The notes beneath the pieces are model-generated. The model did not search any database. It was not told the DNA's origin and saw only the letters and a program-made list of their open reading frames with translations. Positions 58,342-64,000 of a stretch of DNA of 64,000 nucleotides are shown in pieces. Source of the stretch: an uncultured archaeon (GTDB taxonomy: Archaea; Asgardarchaeota; Thorarchaeia; Thorarchaeales; Thorarchaeaceae); the NCBI GenBank assembly GCA_964473825.1, contig CAYYQL010000004.1, forward strand, positions 85,127 to 149,126, written 5' to 3'. The position numbers and the translations under genes are program-made. Within the stretch, counting starts at the first letter, position 1. The number at the start of each line of letters is the position of its first letter.

Positions 58342-59529
58342 ATGAGTCCTCAATATTCTACCGTGATTGTACGTTTTGGAGAGATAGGCATCAAGTCTCA
58401 TCAGACAAGGAAGAGGATGGTGGGTCTCCTCATGAGACACATTCGAGCTTCGCTCAATGAGCATGAGGTGCCATTCGCTGATGTGCGTCGGGAGTTTGGA
58501 AGAGTGTTCGTGGAGACCTCTCATGCTGATGAGGCAGCTGCCGTTGTTTCTCAGTTGTTTGGCGTTGTTTCCACCTCCCCCGCTGTCCAAGTAGCTTCTT
58601 CGCTGAGCGAAATACTTGCTGCAGGAGTTGAGATGGCCCGCAAGCGTTTCAGACCGAAGCAGACTTTCGCGATACGCGCCAGACGATTTGGTGAACACAG
58701 TTACTCAAGCCAAGACATCAAAGAACAGCTTGGCTCCGATGTGATATCATCTCTACCGGATTTCGAACTGACTGTTGATCTTGATGCACCAGAACAGATT
58801 CTGTCGGTTGAGGTGCGCAAAGAAGACGCCTACCTATTCGTCGACACAGTGGATGGAGTGGGAGGAATGCCGACGGGCTCTCAGGGAAAAGTTGTCTGCA
58901 CCATCTCAAGTGGTCTTGACTCACCTGTCGCTGCGTACAAGGTCATGAAACGAGGCTGTATTCCTGTCTTCGTCAACTTCGACAACTCACCACACATGGA
59001 GGGTGAATGTAACGATATTGCCGTCAGGCAGGCCGAGGTTCTCGCACAGTATATCTACAACTATGAGGTGAAGATGTATGTTATCCCTCACGGGCGTGAT
59101 TTGACTGATATCATTGAGAACACTCCTGACAAGATGACATGCCTGTTCTGTAAACGGAATATGCTCCGTCTCGCACGAGAGATTGCTATAGCTGAAGACG
59201 CTGATGCCATCGTGACCGGAGAGATCATCGGAGAGCAAGCATCTCAGACAAGCCGCAATCTAAGAGTGATCTCCGATGCTGTCTGTGATTATCCCATTCT
59301 GCGCCCACTTGTCGGTGATGACAAAGTGGACGTGGAGCACCTTGCAAGGAAGATTGACACCTACCGTTTTGCCAGAGAGGCTACTTCCTGCTGTAGTCTT
59401 CCCCCTCGCTATCCCTCTGTCGAGGCAGACCCCGGTCGGGTGAAAAAGGCAGAGGAGAGCCTCGACTTGTCCCTGCTTGAAGACGAAGTAACACAGGCAC
59501 GCATCATCATCCTGCGAGAGAGCATCTAG
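58342..59529 (+). CDS. thiI: tRNA 4-thiouridine synthase ThiI/TtuI (no rhodanese domain)
   Basis: RFGEIGIKS, THUMP domain, SSGLDSPVA, CLFCKR, TGE..G..ASQT. Confidence 0.92.
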   Translation: MSPQYSTVIVRFGEIGIKSHQTRKRMVGLLMRHIRASLNEHEVPFADVRREFGRVFVETSHADEAAAVVSQLFGVVSTSPAVQVASSLSEILAAGVEMARKRFRPKQTFAIRARRFGEHSYSSQDIKEQLGSDVISSLPDFELTVDLDAPEQILSVEVRKEDAYLFVDTVDGVGGMPTGSQGKVVCTISSGLDSPVAAYKVMKRGCIPVFVNFDNSPHMEGECNDIAVRQAEVLAQYIYNYEVKMYVIPHGRDLTDIIENTPDKMTCLFCKRNMLRLAREIAIAEDADAIVTGEIIGEQASQTSRNLRVISDAVCDYPILRPLVGDDKVDVEHLARKIDTYRFAREATSCCSLPPRYPSVEADPGRVKKAEESLDLSLLEDEVTQARIIILRESI

Positions 59530-59700
59530 CACCTACCGTATCGTCAATTGGCGCGTTCTGGTCATGTCAGTTCTGAGCGATATATGTGCTCTAATCGACC
59601 TCTAGTGACAGTACTAAGCGTTTAAATACCATAGAGAGCCTATCAAGACTGTTTATAGCCCGTTACGGCTATTATATTTTAATAAGGAGTCTGAGAATAG

Positions 59701-59946
59701 TTGCCAAGATCACGAAAAGACCGAATCCTTCCTGTTGCCCCCGTTGACAGGTTAATTCGAAAGGCTGGCGGGGAACGAGTGAGTGACAAGGGTGCTGAAC
59801 AACTCGCACAGATTTTAGAAGAGATAGGAGAGCTTCTTGCGAAGAGCGCCACCGAACTGACTGAGAATGCAGGCAGAAAGACAATCACAGACAGAGATAT
59901 CGAACTAGCCTACAAGCAGTGGAAGCGAGCTATGTATAGTTCATAG
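59701..59946 (+). CDS. archaeal (HMf-type) histone
   Basis: LPVAPVDRLIRKAG.ERVS...AGRKTI..RDIELA; TTG start after AGGAG. Confidence 0.93.
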   Translation: MPRSRKDRILPVAPVDRLIRKAGGERVSDKGAEQLAQILEEIGELLAKSATELTENAGRKTITDRDIELAYKQWKRAMYSS

Positions 59947-60008
59947 GCAACAGATAATACTGATATGTCGCTCTCATCGGTGCTGACACCTCCCTAGAGG
60001 GCACAGAT

Positions 60009-60701
60009 ATGAGTAAGACCATTCGCCCAGTTGATGATGGAATTGCACTACTCTCTTTACATGATGTCTGTTTGACCTATGAGGACGACTTCATAGCCCT
60101 CTACGACCAGGTTCGAGAACTCGGGATTGACAGCTTTTCGCTCCTTGTAACCCCCTTCCATGGGATGAAGCTTGCAAAGCGGATTGACAGAGGGAAGATA
60201 TTCGTTGAGTTCTTGAAGTCCTTGAACTTGGAGGTGTCCCTTCATGGATACTATCATCAGTCCAAGTCAGGAGATGGAGATGAGTTCCGGGGTCTCGCAA
60301 CTGAAAGGGTTCGATCTCGAATCCTCTCTGGGGTCTCACTCTTGCAGCGTACGTTCGGTAAGAAACCCGTTGGCTTCATTCCGCCGTCATGGTCTGGCCC
60401 CAAGAAGATTGCGGTTATCTGCTCTGAACTGGGGCTGAGATACTGCGTGCTCGATGACCATATCTACGACCTGAAGACCTCTGCGGTCCTTGGTCCAACG
60501 ACATCACTCATCAGTGAAGGCCAGGGCGATCTCCAAGTCTCCGATGCAATGATTGAGATGGAGATAAGCGGCCCTCTTCAAGTTGCGCTTCATCCGCGAG
60601 ACTCGCGTCGCAGACAGCCCCTTGAAACTCTTGCAGACCTGAAGGATCGCCTCGGATATCGATTTATGAGCTACGGGGACTTCATCAGGTCAAAGGTGTA
60701 A
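60009..60701 (+). CDS. polysaccharide deacetylase-like protein (DUF2334)
   Basis: SLHDV, LHGYYH, EF, GFIPPSW, ALHP. Confidence 0.8.
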   Translation: MSKTIRPVDDGIALLSLHDVCLTYEDDFIALYDQVRELGIDSFSLLVTPFHGMKLAKRIDRGKIFVEFLKSLNLEVSLHGYYHQSKSGDGDEFRGLATERVRSRILSGVSLLQRTFGKKPVGFIPPSWSGPKKIAVICSELGLRYCVLDDHIYDLKTSAVLGPTTSLISEGQGDLQVSDAMIEMEISGPLQVALHPRDSRRRQPLETLADLKDRLGYRFMSYGDFIRSKV

Positions 60702-61063
60702 GATTGCAGGGAGCAATACACATCACAGTCTCTAGGCCTGCGTTTCATACCCATTTGCACAGATTAGTTATATGAGCAAATGCTGTAATGACTCCTTGGT
60801 TCGCTTAAGGTGAGAAACGAGTCGTACGTGGAGCTCTTCCGATTCTCAAATCGGTTCGCAGCACCATCTGATACAGGTGCAGCAAGCACTATAAGTCGAA
60901 AAATCGAAGCAAATCTACATATATCGAATGGGGTTCAATCGAATCATATTCTTATGTGTGCGACAGGCAAGTCGGACTCTGACCATAGACCTGAGTCTAT
61001 TCGGGGAAATGGTCCGCAATATTCACGCGTTAATGGTTGCGACGTCACATGGAGGTCAAAAGA

Positions 61064-64000
61064 GTGAGGCGTTCACTGCTAGCAGTTACTATAGTCATCA
61101 TGATATTTGTTATACCCGCGCTGAATACAGGACAACTAAGTCCCGGTGCTTTCCGTTCCCCAAACAACAACGGTAAAGATGGAAAGAACAACGGTCTCTT
61201 CACTGCGGATGATTCCAGCTCTGGGACCGGCTCTGCACTTCCTGTGAACATGATTGGCACTGCGACAAACAAGTATGATAACACCATGCAAATCGATTCC
61301 ACGACCTCTGGTGACACAAGCATCCAGCTATCTGATGGATGGACTGGCTCCGACCTCCAGGCCAGTGTTGACACCATGACAGTGACCATGAATGACCTCG
61401 TCAGAAACGGAAATCTCGACGATTACCACATCGAGAAGTTTCTAACTGGGACTTCAGCAGCTAGTCAAGATGTAGCTGTGCCGGATCATTGGCAGCTTAC
61501 CAAGGTGGGTGACTCAGTATCCACTCACCCTAACAGTGGTATCTTCCAGTTCCATGATGTATCTGGGGCGGGAAGCTCTGGGACAATGGGGTGGCGCTTT
61601 GAGGCCTCATGGTCTCCTGGAGCAACTCTCTCAAGTACCGATGAGATCTTCTTCAGCCAGCTACTTCATGCTCCGTATCGGGAACTTCTTTCGATTGATA
61701 TAATGTTTCGTTATTACGTGAGCTTTTCATCTGATATGAACAATCAAGTATTTCTCTTTGTCAGGTTTGCTGACTACCAAGAGGATTTCCAGGTCTTCGA
61801 GGGCGAAGATACAACGGATACTTGGCTTGAAGCCTCGATGAGTGTCCCATCTGGCACGATAGATGCGATAACGCTTCCCGACTCTCTGCTTGTTGAGATT
61901 GGACTAGCATCGAATCGGGATGGTCAGCAAGGCGTTGGTAGGTCTGCCTATGTCTATGTTGATGACATATCGGTTGCAGCCGATGTGCGACCTTTCCCTG
62001 AGCAGATAGGTCTGAAGGCAAACGGAACTCAGGTGATAGGGTGGACCCCGGGTTCGGTCTATCCCTACGAACCAGATGCGGACGACCGTGACTGCTGGAG
62101 TTCATCTTCGGGTCTGGACTTGAGTGGCAATCCTTACGTTTCTGGAGAAGCCGATCCCACTGTAGGGGTGTACGGTGGTGCATGGGGCACTGCCTCATCA
62201 TCACAGACGGGAATCCAATTCTTGCTAGACATTCCCCAGGGGGCGGTCATCACCCACGCATATCTCGAAGTTGAACCGCTGTCAGGGGCTACAAATGCTG
62301 ATGTTGACATGCGGGTCTATTTGTCAGGATTTGATAGTGGAGGGGATGCTGTATCTGCCTTCACTTCAGGTGGCAATCCTCTTCAAGATCGGTATGAGTG
62401 GATTGACACGAGCATCGACTGGGATATTGGAGCTGGCTGGTTATCTCCCGTCAGGATTCGACATAGATCGCCTGACATGGCTCCTTTGCTGCAAGGAATC
62501 ATCTCCGATTCCAATTGGGTTGCTAAGAACCACATCGTCTTGATGCTCGACTACATGTATTCATCTCATTATCAAAACTGGATAGGAATAAAGGGAGCAT
62601 ACGGTACGAGATTTGGTGTCGATGAATTCCCGCGTCTGTTTGTTGAGTACAAAATTCCATTAGCAGAAGACACTGTCTATCTGTTCTCTAATGAGAAGTA
62701 TATCACTGTGGACCACACGCTTGTTGCGGACGACCTCACCGACTTCCCTGTATTGATTGACCTGTATGATACGGACATGCGGACAGACGTTCAAGCCGAC
62801 GGTGATGACATTGCTTTCAAGATAGGCGATACTGGTGTGGACTTCGAGGTTGAGCTCTTCGATCAGACCTACAACTCCACCCATGCACACCTTGTAGCGT
62901 GGGTCAAGGTGCCATTTCTGTCCAGCACGACCGACACGACAATTACGATGATGTACGGGAATCCTGATGCGCCGTCAACTAGTTCCAGTCGTGTATGGGA
63001 CTCGTACGCAGCAACTCAGCACATGAACGAAGATCCCACAGGCATACTTTATGATAGCACCTCTAACAATCACCATGGAACTTCGTATGGCTCTATGACA
63101 TCAGGCGATTTGGTAAGTGGTCAGGTTGATGGAGCCATTGAGTTTGATGGAACGGACGATGTCATCAGCGTGGGCCAGATATACACTGATGATTGGGAGG
63201 GCTTTACCATGAGTGCTTGGGTACGACAGGACGAGAGCAAGGACTGTCGGATTTTCTCAAAGTCAAGTACTACAACACCTGCTGAGCATATCATGACAAT
63301 GAGAATCAGCGGCACGACTCCCACATTTAGAATCAAAACAGATGGTGCAAGTGGTTCCGGTGCCGATTATCCCTCCAATGGTAGCCTGACGCTCGGTCAG
63401 TGGCACCATATCATCTGGAGTTGGAGTGCTGCGGATGGTAGGATGGTGGCATACCTGGATGGTAGTCCAATCCTGGACGAGAGTCACGGAGGAGATACAA
63501 TATATGACTCGGTTGAGGTATTCACAATTGGGAACAACAATCTCGAAAATTCCAGATACTTCAATGGGACGATAGATGAAATACGACTCACAACCTCCTT
63601 GCGGTCAGAGAGTTGGATTCTTACCGAGTACAACAATCAGCTGGAGCCATCAAGCTTCTATAGCGTGGGGACAGAGGAAGTGCAGAGCGACACCTACTCA
63701 GAGGAAACTTCCCCCTCGCTCATCTTCACGACAACTTCGGACGAGCCTGTTGACATGCTCGTTGGAATGGACATGCAAATTGAAGGGAGTGGTCAGACCC
63801 TTGATGAGAACTTCGACGAGGGCACAAGCTACTTTGTAGCCAACGGCAGCGAGTTTGTCAATTGGACGGCAAAAGTTCTGGTATCGCCTCCGAACACGAC
63901 TGCCGAGATCAACGTCTATGTAGATTATCCCATGACAGAATGGAAACCAACTAAGATTCTTGACCCGTTAGATCAGCCGAAGACCTATGGGACAGACTGG
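61064..64000 (+). CDS. large secreted/S-layer-type protein with DUF2341 and LamG domains (runs off the window; missed by the ORF track)
   Basis: GTG 61064 after GGAGG; signal peptide MRRSLLAVTIVIMIFVIP; DLTDFPVLI..DGDDIAF..WVKVP..MYGNP; LamG WHHI..YLDG..FNGTIDEIR; same frame at both ends. Confidence 0.85.
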   Translation, partial: MRRSLLAVTIVIMIFVIPALNTGQLSPGAFRSPNNNGKDGKNNGLFTADDSSSGTGSALPVNMIGTATNKYDNTMQIDSTTSGDTSIQLSDGWTGSDLQASVDTMTVTMNDLVRNGNLDDYHIEKFLTGTSAASQDVAVPDHWQLTKVGDSVSTHPNSGIFQFHDVSGAGSSGTMGWRFEASWSPGATLSSTDEIFFSQLLHAPYRELLSIDIMFRYYVSFSSDMNNQVFLFVRFADYQEDFQVFEGEDTTDTWLEASMSVPSGTIDAITLPDSLLVEIGLASNRDGQQGVGRSAYVYVDDISVAADVRPFPEQIGLKANGTQVIGWTPGSVYPYEPDADDRDCWSSSSGLDLSGNPYVSGEADPTVGVYGGAWGTASSSQTGIQFLLDIPQGAVITHAYLEVEPLSGATNADVDMRVYLSGFDSGGDAVSAFTSGGNPLQDRYEWIDTSIDWDIGAGWLSPVRIRHRSPDMAPLLQGIISDSNWVAKNHIVLMLDYMYSSHYQNWIGIKGAYGTRFGVDEFPRLFVEYKIPLAEDTVYLFSNEKYITVDHTLVADDLTDFPVLIDLYDTDMRTDVQADGDDIAFKIGDTGVDFEVELFDQTYNSTHAHLVAWVKVPFLSSTTDTTITMMYGNPDAPSTSSSRVWDSYAATQHMNEDPTGILYDSTSNNHHGTSYGSMTSGDLVSGQVDGAIEFDGTDDVISVGQIYTDDWEGFTMSAWVRQDESKDCRIFSKSSTTTPAEHIMTMRISGTTPTFRIKTDGASGSGADYPSNGSLTLGQWHHIIWSWSAADGRMVAYLDGSPILDESHGGDTIYDSVEVFTIGNNNLENSRYFNGTIDEIRLTTSLRSESWILTEYNNQLEPSSFYSVGTEEVQSDTYSEETSPSLIFTTTSDEPVDMLVGMDMQIEGSGQTLDENFDEGTSYFVANGSEFVNWTAKVLVSPPNTTAEINVYVDYPMTEWKPTKILDPLDQPKTYGTDW

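Noticed and set aside
1-64000. Numerous short overlapping or antisense ORFs; Sec/Pyl read-through; rRNA, tRNA, SRP and RNase P genes
   Set aside because: The short ORFs overlap well-supported genes. I saw no gene interrupted by an in-frame TGA/TAG at a catalytic position and no canonical RNA-gene signature, but this was checked by eye only.

Overview
Archaeal chromosomal window, most likely from an Asgard archaeon (Thorarchaeia-like). This placement is an inference from gene content: a Snf7/ESCRT-III gene, an EAP30/Vps22-36-like ESCRT-II domain, a longin-Arf-like GTPase, eS25 and archaeal histones. The window is mostly housekeeping and metabolic genes (gdhA, ilvE, AOR, thrC-like, surE, wecB, dcd, gltX, thiI, alaX, glmU-like, hydantoinase A/B). 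I recognised no rRNA, canonical tRNA, CRISPR array or transposase. Most interesting signals: (1) two tandem DapA-type aldolase-Fae fusions whose Fae domains have lost complementary motif sets, suggesting an obligate heteromeric formaldehyde/C1-channelling enzyme; (2) a chlI-like AAA+ gene joined by an A9 slippery site, in the -1 frame, to a membrane-anchored VWA ORF; (3) eS25 fused through (EPKK)7 to tandem HhH domains; (4) an NPRL2/uDENN-like longin + longin-GTPase + CdvA-like cluster divergent from a large ESCRT-II fusion; (5) a candidate four-way-junction RNA at 10556-10664; (6) a 56-aa histone-fold gene and a long 3'-truncated secreted DUF2341/LamG gene, both absent from the ORF track. All family calls come from motif recognition by eye; no database searches were run.
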